From an uncultured Pelagibacteraceae bacterium (GTDB lineage Bacteria; Pseudomonadota; Alphaproteobacteria; Pelagibacterales; Pelagibacteraceae): a stretch of DNA of 61,085 bases. The stretch covers positions 1 through 61,085 of the forward strand of contig CACLQJ010000001.1 of NCBI GenBank assembly GCA_902609065.1, in the 5' to 3' direction. The notes under the pieces are model-generated. The model worked only from the letters and a program-made list of their open reading frames with translations. It was not told where the DNA came from and did no database searches. The translations under genes were made by a program, and so were the position numbers. Positions 1 through 11,003 of the stretch are shown here, one piece after another (positions within the stretch are counted from its first letter, which is position 1; the number at the start of each line of letters is the position of its first letter).

Positions 1-1
1 T

Positions 2-391
2 TATATAATTATAGATTTTGGTACAGCTACTACATTCGATGTAATAAAGTCTAATAACTATATAGGAGGCGTTATAGCGCCGGGTGTTCAAATATCCTTA
101 AATAACTTATCTAACAAAGCTTCATTAATACCCAACATTAGATTGAAAAAAATTAATAAAATCTTAGGTAAAAATACTAATAATTCGGTAATATCTGGCT
201 TTTACTGGGGTTATATCGGACTTATTAACAAAATAATTTTTTTAATTAAAAAAGAAACTAAAATAAATTTTAAAATAATACTTACAGGTGGGTTGGCTCA
301 TATATTTAAAAATTCTTTTGATTATAAGATCAATTTAAATAAAGATATTACTCTAAATGGTATAATTAAAGTAGTTAAGTTATTGAATTAG
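2..391 (+). CDS. coaX: Type III pantothenate kinase, 5'-truncated by window edge
   Basis: The frame from position 2 reads YIIIDFGTATTFDV...YIGGVIAPG and continues into the listed 143..391 ORF with the ILTGG motif. It lies directly upstream of rnj, as usual in alphaproteobacteria. Confidence 0.9.
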   Translation, partial: YIIIDFGTATTFDVIKSNNYIGGVIAPGVQISLNNLSNKASLIPNIRLKKINKILGKNTNNSVISGFYWGYIGLINKIIFLIKKETKINFKIILTGGLAHIFKNSFDYKINLNKDITLNGIIKVVKLLN

Positions 392-2050
392 ATGAAACAT
401 GAACTTTTATACTGTCCATTAGGTGGCGCTGGTGAAATTGGCATGAACATGAATTTATTTGGATATGGTCTAGAAGGTGATCATAAATGGATAATGGTAG
501 ACGTGGGTGTTACTTTTGCAGACGACTCAATTCCAGGTGTAGATTTAATATATCCGGATCCTGGATATGTAGAGGATAAAAAAGACAACTTTTTAGGAAT
601 TATTTTAACACATGCTCATGAAGACCACATAGGTGCGATAACTTATGTTTGGCCAAAATTTAAATGCAAAATTTATGCCACACCGTTTACAGCTCTACTA
701 GTTACTGAAAAATTTAGAGAAAAAAAGATTGACATCACATCTTATTTGCAAATTGTACAGATGGGCTCTACCATTAATCTTAAACCGTTTAATATTGAGT
801 TTGTTACAATGACACATTCTATTGTAGAACCCAATGGACTTAGAATAGAAACGCCAGTTGGAAGTATTTTACATACAGGTGATTGGAAGTGTGATTCAAA
901 TCCTTTAGTTGGGGATAACATGAATTCGAAAAGATTAATCGAAATTGGAAAAGAGGGTGTGCTCACAATGATATGTGATTCTACAAATGTTTTAAGTGTT
1001 GGTCGATCGGGCTCAGAAAAAGATGTGAGAGACAGCATGTTAAATATAATAGAAAAACAAAAAAAAAGAGTAATAGTTACATCTTTCGCATCTAATGTTG
1101 CTAGAATGAAAACAGTTTTCTACTGTGCAGAAAAAACTGGAAGAAATATTTCTCTTGTAGGAAGATCTATGCACAGAATCTATAAAGCTGCAAAAAAATG
1201 TGGATATTTAAGTGATGTAATAGAACCAATTGATCCGCGTGATACTAAAAATATTTCTAGCGAAAAAATAATCTATTTATGCACAGGAAGTCAAGGCGAG
1301 CCGATGGGAGCTATGAATAGAATATCAAATTACATACATCCAGATGTATTTGTTGAAGCTGGCGATACTGTAATTTTTTCATCAAAAATAATTCCTGGAA
1401 ATGAGAAAAAACTTTATAAACTTCATAACCAATTAGTTAGAGAGGGCATAAATGTTATTTCAGAGGAGACAGATTTTGTACATGTATCGGGTCATCCGAA
1501 TAGAGATGATTTAAAAGATATGTATGAATGGATAAAGCCAAAATCTGTTATACCAGTTCATGGAGAACAAAGACATATGTTAGAGCATATTAATTTTGCA
1601 AAAAAGCTAAAAGTTCCCTATCCCATTAAGGTAGAAAACGGAGATATTGTTAGAATATTTCCAGGAGATTCTCCAGAAGTTTTCGACAAAGCGCCTTATG
1701 GGAAAATCTTTTTGGATGGAAATATCGGAGTAGAAGAGGACTCGAAATCTATTAAAGAGAGAAGAAATATTTCACAAAATGGACACTTAGATATTACCGT
1801 TATTATAACAACACAAGGTAATATTCATAATATACCAATTGTTAATTTTATGGGAATTCCAATTATTAATAATGACGAATTTAGATTTTCAATTCAAGAG
1901 GAAATTGATAAAATATCCAAATCATTTTCATTAAATAATAAAAAACAAGATGAAAATTTTAAAGAAGCTTTAAAAGTGGCTTGTAGAAAATTTACTAAGG
2001 AAAAGACTGGCAAAAGACCAATAACCAATATAAATCTAGTAAGAATTTAA
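392..2050 (+). CDS. rnj: Ribonuclease J
   Basis: PLGGAGEIGMN, THAHEDHIG metallo-beta-lactamase motif, HTGDWK, HVSGH and PVHGE motifs. Confidence 0.96.
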   Translation: MKHELLYCPLGGAGEIGMNMNLFGYGLEGDHKWIMVDVGVTFADDSIPGVDLIYPDPGYVEDKKDNFLGIILTHAHEDHIGAITYVWPKFKCKIYATPFTALLVTEKFREKKIDITSYLQIVQMGSTINLKPFNIEFVTMTHSIVEPNGLRIETPVGSILHTGDWKCDSNPLVGDNMNSKRLIEIGKEGVLTMICDSTNVLSVGRSGSEKDVRDSMLNIIEKQKKRVIVTSFASNVARMKTVFYCAEKTGRNISLVGRSMHRIYKAAKKCGYLSDVIEPIDPRDTKNISSEKIIYLCTGSQGEPMGAMNRISNYIHPDVFVEAGDTVIFSSKIIPGNEKKLYKLHNQLVREGINVISEETDFVHVSGHPNRDDLKDMYEWIKPKSVIPVHGEQRHMLEHINFAKKLKVPYPIKVENGDIVRIFPGDSPEVFDKAPYGKIFLDGNIGVEEDSKSIKERRNISQNGHLDITVIITTQGNIHNIPIVNFMGIPIINNDEFRFSIQEEIDKISKSFSLNNKKQDENFKEALKVACRKFTKEKTGKRPITNINLVRI

Positions 2051-2054
2051 TAGA

Positions 2055-3383
2055 ATGTATTTTTCAAAATCATTAATACCAATTCTTAAAAATAACCCAT
2101 CAGAGGCAAAAATTAAATCTCATCAATTAATGTTAAGAACTGGAATGATTAAACAGTCTTCAGCTGGAATTTACTCATGGTTGCCATTAGGATTTAAAGT
2201 TATGAAGAAAATTGAACAAATAATTAGACAAGAACAGGATAGTATTGGAGCACAAGAGATGTTAATGCCCACCATTCAATCTAGTGAAATTTGGAAAGAG
2301 AGTGGAAGATATGATGATTATGGTGATGAGATGTTAAGAATTAAAGATAGACAAAATAGAGAATTGTTATTTGGACCCACAAATGAGGAATTAATAACAG
2401 AAATATTTAGATCTTGTATCAAGTCATACAAATCACTTCCTCAACTTATGTACCATATCCAATGGAAATTTAGAGATGAATTAAGACCAAGATTTGGTGT
2501 TATGAGGTGTAGAGAATTTTACATGAAAGATGCATATTCTTTTGATTTAACTGATGAGGAAGCTCAATATTCATATAATAAATTCTTTTTATCTTATTTA
2601 AAAACTTTTAAAAGATTAGACCTTTCAGCTATTCCTATGGCAGCTGACACAGGTCCTATAGGAGGAAATTTATCACATGAGTTTGTAATAATTGCAAATA
2701 CAGGAGAAAGCAAAGTATATACAGATAAAAGAATATTTGACGTTAACCATGATAAAGTAGCTTTGGATAAAAAATCATTAATAGATTTACGCAAAGAATA
2801 CGACAAATATTATGCTGTAACAGATGATAAATTTAATCAAAATGAATTTGATAGCAATGTAACTTACGAAAATAAATTAGAGACTAAAGGAATTGAAGTC
2901 GGTCATATATTTTATTTTGGTGATAAATATTCAAAATCAATGAGTGCCTCTGTAGATTTTAATGGATCAAAAGAATTTGTAAAAATGGGTTCTTACGGTG
3001 TAGGCGTTTCTAGATTGGTTGGTGCTATAATTGAAGCAAAATATGATGAGAAAAATGAAATTATGAAATGGCCATTGGCTATTTCTCCATATCATTGTGC
3101 AATATTACCACAGATAAGTAAAAATGATAAAACAAATTTAGAAAAAGCATTAAATATTTATGAATATTTAAAAAATAATAATATTGACTCTATTATAGAT
3201 GATACTGATGAGAGTATATCGTCTAAAATGAAAAAATTTAATTTAATTGGTATACCATTTCAAATAGTTATTGGAAAAAAATCTGAGGATGATCATATTG
3301 AGCTTAAAGAAATCGGTAAAGATGTGACTAAAATCAAAATGGAAGAAATTTATAAAATCATAAACAACAAATTGCAAAATTGA
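2055..3383 (+). CDS. proS: Proline--tRNA ligase (short form without the insertion editing domain)
   Basis: GPTNEE, KFRDELRPRFGVMR.REF.MKDAYSF, GIEVGHIF and MGSYGVGVSR motifs. Confidence 0.97.
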   Translation: MYFSKSLIPILKNNPSEAKIKSHQLMLRTGMIKQSSAGIYSWLPLGFKVMKKIEQIIRQEQDSIGAQEMLMPTIQSSEIWKESGRYDDYGDEMLRIKDRQNRELLFGPTNEELITEIFRSCIKSYKSLPQLMYHIQWKFRDELRPRFGVMRCREFYMKDAYSFDLTDEEAQYSYNKFFLSYLKTFKRLDLSAIPMAADTGPIGGNLSHEFVIIANTGESKVYTDKRIFDVNHDKVALDKKSLIDLRKEYDKYYAVTDDKFNQNEFDSNVTYENKLETKGIEVGHIFYFGDKYSKSMSASVDFNGSKEFVKMGSYGVGVSRLVGAIIEAKYDEKNEIMKWPLAISPYHCAILPQISKNDKTNLEKALNIYEYLKNNNIDSIIDDTDESISSKMKKFNLIGIPFQIVIGKKSEDDHIELKEIGKDVTKIKMEEIYKIINNKLQN

Positions 3384-4609
3384 TCTCTGAACTAGAAAAA
3401 AAAATTACGCTAAGATATCTAAGAACCAACAAAAAAGAAGGTTTTATTAATATTATATCTACTTTTTCTTTTGCAGGAATAAGTTTAGGTGTTGCTGTAT
3501 TGATCATAGTGATGTCGGTTATGAATGGCTTTAGAACTGAGCTTATTAATAAGATAATAGGATTTAATGCACACGCAGTGGTGAAACCATACGATAAAGA
3601 AATAAAAACTGAAAAATTTAAAAATAATAAAGTTAAAAACATATCTGAAAATGTTATGATTACCAATAGTGCAGAGGGATTGATTATAAATAAAGATTAT
3701 ACAAAGGGGATACTTTTAAGATCTTACACAAAAAAGGATTTTAGCAAACTATCATTAGTTAAAAATGAAAAATTTCAAGGTAACAAAAAACTTAATATAA
3801 AACATATTTCTATAGGTAAAGAACTAAGTTACCTATTAAATGCAAAAATAGGGGATAAAGTGGTTATTATGTCACCTTTTGGCATAAATACAATAATAGG
3901 GTCATTGCCAAAACAGGAAGCATACATAGTAGACTCTATTTTTGAAAGTGGCCTACTTGAGTTTGATCAAAATGTTGCTTTTTTAAATATTAATGATTTA
4001 GAAGAGCTGTTTAATTTAGACAATGAAACTAGATATTTTGAAATATTTCTTAAACAACCCAGAAATATTGAAATAGCAAAAGAAATTTTAAAAAATTCAT
4101 TTACTGATGAATTTGTTTACACATGGGATGATTTAAATAAATCGTTATTTTCGGCGCTAAAAGTTGAGAGAAACGTTATGTTTATAATTTTAACTTTAAT
4201 TATAATTGTTGCAGCTTTTAATATTATCTCAGGACTTACTATTTTGGTTAAAAATAAAACTAAAGAAATAGCAATACTCAAATCCATTGGAGTACAAAAT
4301 AAATCAATAAAAAAAATTTTCTTTTTGGTTGGTTTAATAATTGGAACATCTGCTACGATATTTGGAATAATTTTAGGAATTTTATTCTCAGTATATATTG
4401 AGGAGATTAGAATATTATTATCAAATGTTTTTAATATCACATTATTCCCTGAAGAAATTTATTTTTTAAGCAAAATGCCATCAGAAATTAATTTTAAATC
4501 AATATCCATAATTGGCTTTGTATCAATTGTAATTACTATAATAGTTTCATTATACCCTGCAAATAAAGCAGCGAATCTAGATCCAATTAAATCTCTTAAA
4601 TATGAATAA
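3380..4609 (+). CDS. lolE: Lipoprotein-releasing ABC transporter permease, LolC/E family
   Basis: GISLGVAVLIIVMSVMNGF, AAFNII...KTKEIAILKSIG and YPA.KAA.LDP motifs; TTG start; adjacent to lolD. Confidence 0.92.
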   Translation: MISELEKKITLRYLRTNKKEGFINIISTFSFAGISLGVAVLIIVMSVMNGFRTELINKIIGFNAHAVVKPYDKEIKTEKFKNNKVKNISENVMITNSAEGLIINKDYTKGILLRSYTKKDFSKLSLVKNEKFQGNKKLNIKHISIGKELSYLLNAKIGDKVVIMSPFGINTIIGSLPKQEAYIVDSIFESGLLEFDQNVAFLNINDLEELFNLDNETRYFEIFLKQPRNIEIAKEILKNSFTDEFVYTWDDLNKSLFSALKVERNVMFIILTLIIIVAAFNIISGLTILVKNKTKEIAILKSIGVQNKSIKKIFFLVGLIIGTSATIFGIILGILFSVYIEEIRILLSNVFNITLFPEEIYFLSKMPSEINFKSISIIGFVSIVITIIVSLYPANKAANLDPIKSLKYE

Positions 4610-5285
4610 ATATTCAATTAAATTAAAAAATATATCAAAAATATTTGAAAAAAATAAAATTAAAGTCCTTAATAATATTAATTTTACGTTTAAGAGAGGA
4701 AATTCTTATTCAATAATAGGTCCATCGGGCTCTGGTAAATCAACTTTATTAAACATTTTATCATTAATTGATAGACCTACATCAGGTGAATTATTTTTAA
4801 ATAATACAAAAGTAGATTTTAATAATATAAAAAGTAATGATTCCTTAAGAGCGAACAAAATAGGTATTATTTATCAGGAAAATAATTTGTTACCCGATTT
4901 TAACGCATTAGAGAATGTTTATTTGTCCAGGTTAGCAATTAATAATAATTTGAAAGTTGCTCAAAATGATGCAAATAAAATATTACGTAATTTACATTTA
5001 GCAAAAAGAATTAACCATTATCCATCAGAATTATCTGGTGGTGAGGCGCAGAGAGTAGCAATTTCCAGAGCAATAATAAATTCACCAGAAATTCTGTTAG
5101 CTGATGAACCATCTGGAAGTTTAGATCTTAAAAATTCAAAAGAAATATTTAATTTACTTTTTAAACTAAAAAATAAAAATAGAGTAATAATTTTTGCAAC
5201 CCACAATTTATATTTTGCTAAAATGGCTGATTATAAATTGCAAATTCAAGATGGTAAGATAAAAACTTATAATGCAAGAATTTGA
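4602..5285 (+). CDS. lolD: Lipoprotein-releasing ABC transporter ATP-binding protein
   Basis: Walker [21 protein letters not shown] signature, ADEP; follows the LolC/E permease. Confidence 0.9.
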   Translation: MNKYSIKLKNISKIFEKNKIKVLNNINFTFKRGNSYSIIGPSGSGKSTLLNILSLIDRPTSGELFLNNTKVDFNNIKSNDSLRANKIGIIYQENNLLPDFNALENVYLSRLAINNNLKVAQNDANKILRNLHLAKRINHYPSELSGGEAQRVAISRAIINSPEILLADEPSGSLDLKNSKEIFNLLFKLKNKNRVIIFATHNLYFAKMADYKLQIQDGKIKTYNARI

Positions 5286-8200
5286 ATATCCAAAACAATT
5301 TACCCATTTTAAAATTCATACACAGTATTCTATATGTGAAGGTGCAGTAAAAATTGATGACCTTTATAATATATGTAAAAAAAATAAGATATTAAGTATA
5401 GGTGTATCGGATACATCTAATTTATGTGGAGCATTAGAGTTTTCTGAAAAAATCGCAAAGAGCGGAACCCAACCAATTATTGGCACTCAAATAATTTTTA
5501 AAATCGAAAAAGAGGAAGGTTTGCTCACTTTGATTTCAAAAAACCAACTGGGTTATAGCAGAATAATAGAACTATCATCAAAATCATATATTGATAATGA
5601 AAGTTTATCAAAACCACACTGTAAGTTTAATGAGTTATTATTAAAAACCGAAGGTTTAATTGTAATGACAGGCTCAATAAATGGATTGATCGGTAGTCTT
5701 TTTAATAAAGGTAAATTTGAGTTGATAGAGAAAATTTATAAAGATCTTAAAGAAAATTTTAATGATAATTTTTATATTGAAATTCAAAGGCATTCCGATA
5801 AAGACGAAAAAATATTTGAAAAATTTAATTTAGCATTATCATTAAAACTTAATATTCCAATTATAGCTTCACATGAAGTATTTTATATTGAAAGATCGAT
5901 GCATGATGCGCATGAAGCATTAATATGTATCGGTAATAAATCTTATCTAAATGATAAAAAAAGATTTTCATATACAAATGAACATTATTTAAAATCTCAT
6001 GATGAAATGAAAAATCTGTTTAGTGACTTACCTGAGGCTTTAGAAAATAATTACAATTTACCTCTAAGATGTAATTTTAGACCAACACCCTCAGAACCAA
6101 TTTTGCCTAATATTAGTTCAGAAAAAGATGGCAGTGCGGATAATAAATTGCAACGATTATCGCATGAAGGACTTTATGAAAAATTTAAAAAAGTTTATTG
6201 TAGAGATAAACAAAAACCTGAAGAACACAGGCTGTTTAGTCAATATAAAAATAGATTAGATCATGAACTAAATATTATTATTAAAATGAAGTACTCAAGT
6301 TATTTTTTAATTGTGTCTGATTATATAATTTGGGCTAAAGGTAATGATATTCCTGTTGGACCCGGAAGAGGATCAGGAGCTGGATCTTTGGTAGCTTGGT
6401 GCTTATTAATAACAGATGTCGATCCTATAAAATATAATCTTATATTTGAAAGATTTTTAAATCCTTCTCGAATTTCTATGCCTGATTTTGACATTGATTT
6501 TTGTGAGGAAAAAAGAGATTTACTTTTTGAGTACTTAAACAAAAAATATAAGGACAGTGTTGCGCATATTATTACCTTCGGTAAGTTAAAAGCAAGGATG
6601 GTAATCAGAGATGTAGGAAGAGTAATTGGGTTGTCATATGGATTTGTTGATAGTATTGCAAAATTAATTCCATTTGATCCATCTAGACCCAGGAGTCTAA
6701 CCGAATGTATAAACTCAGAACCTAGATTACAGAAACTAATTAAAGATGATACTAGAGTCAAAAATTTAATAGATATGTCACTTAAATTAGAAGGTTTATA
6801 TAGAAATGTTGCAACACATGCAGCGGGAGTTGTAATCGCAGATAAAAAATTAACCAAATCAGTTCCTTTGTATAAAGATATGTCTTCGAATTTATTACTT
6901 CCATCAACACAATTTGATATGTATTCGGCTGAAAATGCCGGTCTCATAAAATTTGATCTACTAGGTTTAAAAACACTTACAGTAATTAATAAAACACACA
7001 AATTAATAAAAAAAATAAACAAAGATTTTTCTATTGAAAATATAAATTACGAGGACAGTTTAGTTTTTGAAACGTTATCTAAAGGAAACACTGTTGGATT
7101 ATTTCAGTTAGAAAGTTCGGGAATGAAAGATGCGCTAATAAATATGAAACCAACTCATCTAGAGGATATTATAGCTTTAGTAGCGCTTTATAGACCCGGA
7201 CCTATGAGCAATATTCCCGTATATAACGATTGCAAAAATGGCTTAAGGGAGCCTGATTATATACATCCAATGTTAGAAGATATTTTAAAACCAACTTATG
7301 GAGTAATTATTTACCAAGAGCAAGTTATGCAAATAGCACAAAAGTTATCTGGTTTTACCGCAGCTGAAGCAGATATTTTAAGAAAGGCGATTGGGAAAAA
7401 GAAGAGAGCTGAGGTAGAAAAACAAAAAATTGGTTTTATCGAGGGTGCTATTAAAAATGGAATTAGAAAAGATATAGCAGCTGGCATATTCTTAAAAATT
7501 GAACCGTTTGCAGAATATGGTTTTAATAAAAGTCACGCAGCAGCCTACGCTATAATTGCATATCAAACCGCATTTTTAAAAACTCATTATCCAAATGAAT
7601 TTTTCTCAGCATCTATGACAATGGATATTTCAAATCAAAAAAAACTAAGCGAATTTTACGAAGAAATAAAAAGACTCAAACTTAATATTATCAGGCCTAA
7701 CATAAATAAATGTTTTGCAGATTTTAGAGCAGACGATAAAAACTTTTATTATGCTTTGGGTTCAATTAAAAATGTTGGATATGATGCTATATCAAATATA
7801 GTATTAGAAAGGGAAACAAATGGAAAATTTAAATCTTTAAATGATTTTATCAATAGAGTAAATCCCAAAGATATTAATAAATTACAATTAGAGGGCTTGG
7901 TAAAAGGTGGTGCTTTTGACGAAATAAATAAAAATCGAGCATCTTTATACGATTCAATACCTAATTTAATTCTTAAATCAAAAAATATTTACGATAATAA
8001 GCTAACCAATCAAATTAATTTATTTGATGACGATGATAACATGAAAGATTACTATATTAACAAAAAGGATGACTGGAAATTCGAGGATAGATTATCAAAA
8101 GAATTTGAGGCAGTTGGTTTTTTTATTTCTGACCATCCTCTTAATCAATTTAAGAATATATATGGGGAGTATAAGATACAAAATTTTGAAAATTTTAATA

Positions 8201-8691
8201 AAAGTGATAATTTAAGGGAGTCTAAAATTGCAGCCACAGTTCTTAAAATTCAAGAGAGAAAAACCAACAAGGGCAACCCATACGCAGTTATAAAATTTTC
8301 TGATCTTTCCTGTGTTTTCGAGCTTTTTGTATTTTCTGATATTTTAGAAAAAAATAGAGAAGTTTTAACTGAAGGTTCTTCAGTATTATTAACTGTATTC
8401 AAAACTATCAGTGATGATGATAAAAAAACAAAAAAATATAATGTATTTAAAATTGTTTCGTTAAAATCTTTATACGAAATACCTTTAGAAAATGTTAAAT
8501 TTTTTCTAAAAGACCTAAGTCAGCTTGATAAACTATCCGAACAAATTAAAGACCCTGGCAACACTGAAATAACGATTAAATTTAATCATAATGGCAAATA
8601 TATGGTTTTCGATTTAGAAAATAAAAGAGATATTAATAGACACACATTAGAAGAGTTAAAAAAACACGATATATCACTCGAAATTAATTAA
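5272..8691 (+). CDS. dnaE: DNA polymerase III alpha subunit
   Basis: N-terminal PHP domain, GPGRGSGAGSLV, FERFLNP.R.SMPDFDIDF, KFDLLGL and YGFNKSHA motifs. Confidence 0.98.
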   Translation: MQEFEYPKQFTHFKIHTQYSICEGAVKIDDLYNICKKNKILSIGVSDTSNLCGALEFSEKIAKSGTQPIIGTQIIFKIEKEEGLLTLISKNQLGYSRIIELSSKSYIDNESLSKPHCKFNELLLKTEGLIVMTGSINGLIGSLFNKGKFELIEKIYKDLKENFNDNFYIEIQRHSDKDEKIFEKFNLALSLKLNIPIIASHEVFYIERSMHDAHEALICIGNKSYLNDKKRFSYTNEHYLKSHDEMKNLFSDLPEALENNYNLPLRCNFRPTPSEPILPNISSEKDGSADNKLQRLSHEGLYEKFKKVYCRDKQKPEEHRLFSQYKNRLDHELNIIIKMKYSSYFLIVSDYIIWAKGNDIPVGPGRGSGAGSLVAWCLLITDVDPIKYNLIFERFLNPSRISMPDFDIDFCEEKRDLLFEYLNKKYKDSVAHIITFGKLKARMVIRDVGRVIGLSYGFVDSIAKLIPFDPSRPRSLTECINSEPRLQKLIKDDTRVKNLIDMSLKLEGLYRNVATHAAGVVIADKKLTKSVPLYKDMSSNLLLPSTQFDMYSAENAGLIKFDLLGLKTLTVINKTHKLIKKINKDFSIENINYEDSLVFETLSKGNTVGLFQLESSGMKDALINMKPTHLEDIIALVALYRPGPMSNIPVYNDCKNGLREPDYIHPMLEDILKPTYGVIIYQEQVMQIAQKLSGFTAAEADILRKAIGKKKRAEVEKQKIGFIEGAIKNGIRKDIAAGIFLKIEPFAEYGFNKSHAAAYAIIAYQTAFLKTHYPNEFFSASMTMDISNQKKLSEFYEEIKRLKLNIIRPNINKCFADFRADDKNFYYALGSIKNVGYDAISNIVLERETNGKFKSLNDFINRVNPKDINKLQLEGLVKGGAFDEINKNRASLYDSIPNLILKSKNIYDNKLTNQINLFDDDDNMKDYYINKKDDWKFEDRLSKEFEAVGFFISDHPLNQFKNIYGEYKIQNFENFNKSDNLRESKIAATVLKIQERKTNKGNPYAVIKFSDLSCVFELFVFSDILEKNREVLTEGSSVLLTVFKTISDDDKKTKKYNVFKIVSLKSLYEIPLENVKFFLKDLSQLDKLSEQIKDPGNTEITIKFNHNGKYMVFDLENKRDINRHTLEELKKHDISLEIN

Positions 8692-8739
8692 AAAAAAGGT
8701 TGTCACAAACTAATTTTATTAGTAATTAACTTATTTAAA

Positions 8740-8810
8740 TACGCACACAGTTAATGGTTTTATACCCCCGGTCCTATATTTAAAGGAAGTAATTGTGGAG
8801 GCATAACCGG
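8740..8810 (+). ncRNA. rpsB leader (t44-like, S2 autoregulatory RNA)
   Basis: The 5' region of rpsB has a CACAC...CCCCGGT...TGTGGAGGCATAACC pattern matching the conserved proteobacterial rpsB leader end GTGGAGGCATAACC. CACAGTTA can pair with TAATTGTG. Boundaries are approximate. Confidence 0.75.
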
Positions 8811-8818
8811 AAAGAAAT

Positions 8819-9598
8819 ATGAAGATACCACAAATATCAATTCAACAATTGTTAGAGGCAGGTGTTCATTTAGGTCATAAAACATTAAGATGGAATCCTA
8901 AAATGAAAAAATACATTTTTGGAAAAAAAGACTCTATCCATATAATTGACCTTACACAAACACTCGAATTAGCTCAAATTGCACTTGAAAAAGTTTATCA
9001 AACCATAAGTGGAAATGGTAAAATATTATTTATATCTACAAAAAAACAAGCCTCTGATGCAATTGCTGAACTAGGGAAAAGCACAGGTCAGTATTATGTA
9101 AATTATAGATGGTTAGGTGGCATGCTTACGAATTGGGGCACAATATCGAACTCTATAAAAAAATTACAAAAAATTACGAAAGATTTATCTTCCGAGAATA
9201 GAGGTTTTACTAAAAAAGAATTATTAAAAATGAGTGCACAAAGGGATAAACTAGAAAGATCATTAGGCGGTATTTCAGAGATGAAAAAAACTCCTGATTT
9301 AGTTTTTATTATAGATACTAATTATGAATCTTTAGCAATAAAAGAGTCTATCAAACTCGGAATTCCGATAATAGCCGTGTTAGATACAAACTCTAATCCT
9401 GATGGTATTGATTTTCCAATCCCTGGGAATGATGATGCTAGAAGATCAATAGATTTGTATTGCAACTTAATAAAATCAACAATAATCGAGGCCAATAAAA
9501 ATATCAAGCAAAATGTAAACGAAGAAATTACTGATTCCAAAAAAATTGATGTAAACAAAAATAAAATAGATACTCAAAAAAATAAGTCATTAAATTAA
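8819..9598 (+). CDS. rpsB: 30S ribosomal protein S2
   Basis: [10 protein letters not shown]...[14 protein letters not shown] and PGNDDA motifs. Confidence 0.98.
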   Translation: MKIPQISIQQLLEAGVHLGHKTLRWNPKMKKYIFGKKDSIHIIDLTQTLELAQIALEKVYQTISGNGKILFISTKKQASDAIAELGKSTGQYYVNYRWLGGMLTNWGTISNSIKKLQKITKDLSSENRGFTKKELLKMSAQRDKLERSLGGISEMKKTPDLVFIIDTNYESLAIKESIKLGIPIIAVLDTNSNPDGIDFPIPGNDDARRSIDLYCNLIKSTIIEANKNIKQNVNEEITDSKKIDVNKNKIDTQKNKSLN

Positions 9599-9600
9599 AT

Positions 9601-10452
9601 ATGAGCGATGTCCACAAAGTAAAAGAATTACGTAAAGTCACTGGCGCTGGATTTAAAGATTGTAATAATGCATTAAAAGAGTCAAATGGCGATATAGAAA
9701 AATCAATAGAAATTTTAAGAGTTAAGGGTATTTCCAAAGCTTCAAAAAAGATGAACAGAGAAGCTAATGAGGGTTTAGTTTGTATTAATGAAAATAAAGA
9801 AAAAATCTCAATAATAGAATTAAATTGCGAGACAGATTTTGTGGCTAAGAATGAAGACTTCTTAAAATTTGCCGAAGAAGTTGGACAAATTAACAATAAT
9901 GTATCTTCAAACTTAGATAAATTAAATAATGAAAAAATGAAAAATGGAAAAATAGTCAGCGAAAACCTAGTTGAGATAATATCAAAAATAGGTGAGAAAA
10001 TTACTATAGGTAGGTTAAAAACATTTTCAAATAAAAATCAAAAAAACTTTTTTTATTTACATTCAATAGTTAAAGACAATATAGCAAAATTAGGTGTGAT
10101 AGTGTCAATTGAAAATGATAATTATAACGAAATAATTGATAAATTTGGAAAAAATTTATCAATGCACATTGCAGCTTCTAACCCATTAGCTCTTACAGAA
10201 AATGAAATTGACAAAGAAATATTGAATAAGGAAAAAAGTTTAATCGATGAAGAATTAAAAAACTCTGGAAAACCTAATAATATTATGGAAAAAATAAGTC
10301 TAGGTAAACTGCAGAAATATAAGCAAGATAATAGTTTAATGTCACAAATTTGGGTAATGGATACGAAAAAGACGGTTTCAGATGTAATTAAAGATTTAAA
10401 TTTACCTGGACTTAAAGTTAAAGATTTCATCAGACTAAAAATAGGTGACTAA
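9601..10452 (+). CDS. tsf: Elongation factor Ts
   Basis: [22 protein letters not shown] and MHIAA motifs; follows rpsB. Confidence 0.98.
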   Translation: MSDVHKVKELRKVTGAGFKDCNNALKESNGDIEKSIEILRVKGISKASKKMNREANEGLVCINENKEKISIIELNCETDFVAKNEDFLKFAEEVGQINNNVSSNLDKLNNEKMKNGKIVSENLVEIISKIGEKITIGRLKTFSNKNQKNFFYLHSIVKDNIAKLGVIVSIENDNYNEIIDKFGKNLSMHIAASNPLALTENEIDKEILNKEKSLIDEELKNSGKPNNIMEKISLGKLQKYKQDNSLMSQIWVMDTKKTVSDVIKDLNLPGLKVKDFIRLKIGD

Positions 10453-11003
10453 TGTTCAATAAAACAGAGTATCAAAACAAAATGAATAAAACGTTTGATA
10501 AGTTTACAAAAGATTTAAGTACATTGAGCACCGGAAGAGCAAACGCTAATATGTTAGACTTAATAAAAGTAGAGGTCTATGGCCAAAAAATGCCTATAAA
10601 TCAACTTGGAAGTATTACAACGCCAGAACCAAGAGTGATAAATATTCAAGTTTGGGACAATACAAATGTAAGTTTAATAGACTCAGCAATAAAAAAGTCA
10701 GACTTAGGATTAAACCCACAAATTGATGGTCATTTAATTAGAATACCTATTCCAAGTTTAAGTGAGGAAAGAAGAAATGAAATAAAAAAAATGATTAAGT
10801 CTATGGGTGAACAATGTAAAATATCAATAAGAAATATTAGACGTGAAGCAAATGATGAATTAAAAAAACTACTTAAATCAAAAGAGATTGCAGAGGATAT
10901 TGAAAAGAGGGAAGAAAAAAATATTCAAAATATCACTGATGAAAGTATTAAAAAGGTAGATGATAAAGTAAATTTAAAAGAAAAAGAAATCATGACCATA
11001 TGA
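10452..11003 (+). CDS. frr: Ribosome recycling factor
   Basis: TGRAN, YG..MPINQ, LGLNP and IRNIRR motifs. Confidence 0.97.
   Translation: MFNKTEYQNKMNKTFDKFTKDLSTLSTGRANANMLDLIKVEVYGQKMPINQLGSITTPEPRVINIQVWDNTNVSLIDSAIKKSDLGLNPQIDGHLIRIPIPSLSEERRNEIKKMIKSMGEQCKISIRNIRREANDELKKLLKSKEIAEDIEKREEKNIQNITDESIKKVDDKVNLKEKEIMTI

Noticed and set aside
6321-7022. 233-aa antisense ORF inside dnaE
   Set aside because: It lies wholly opposite the conserved polymerase core and has no recognisable motif, so it is a shadow ORF. The same applies to the many shorter antisense ORFs in the track.
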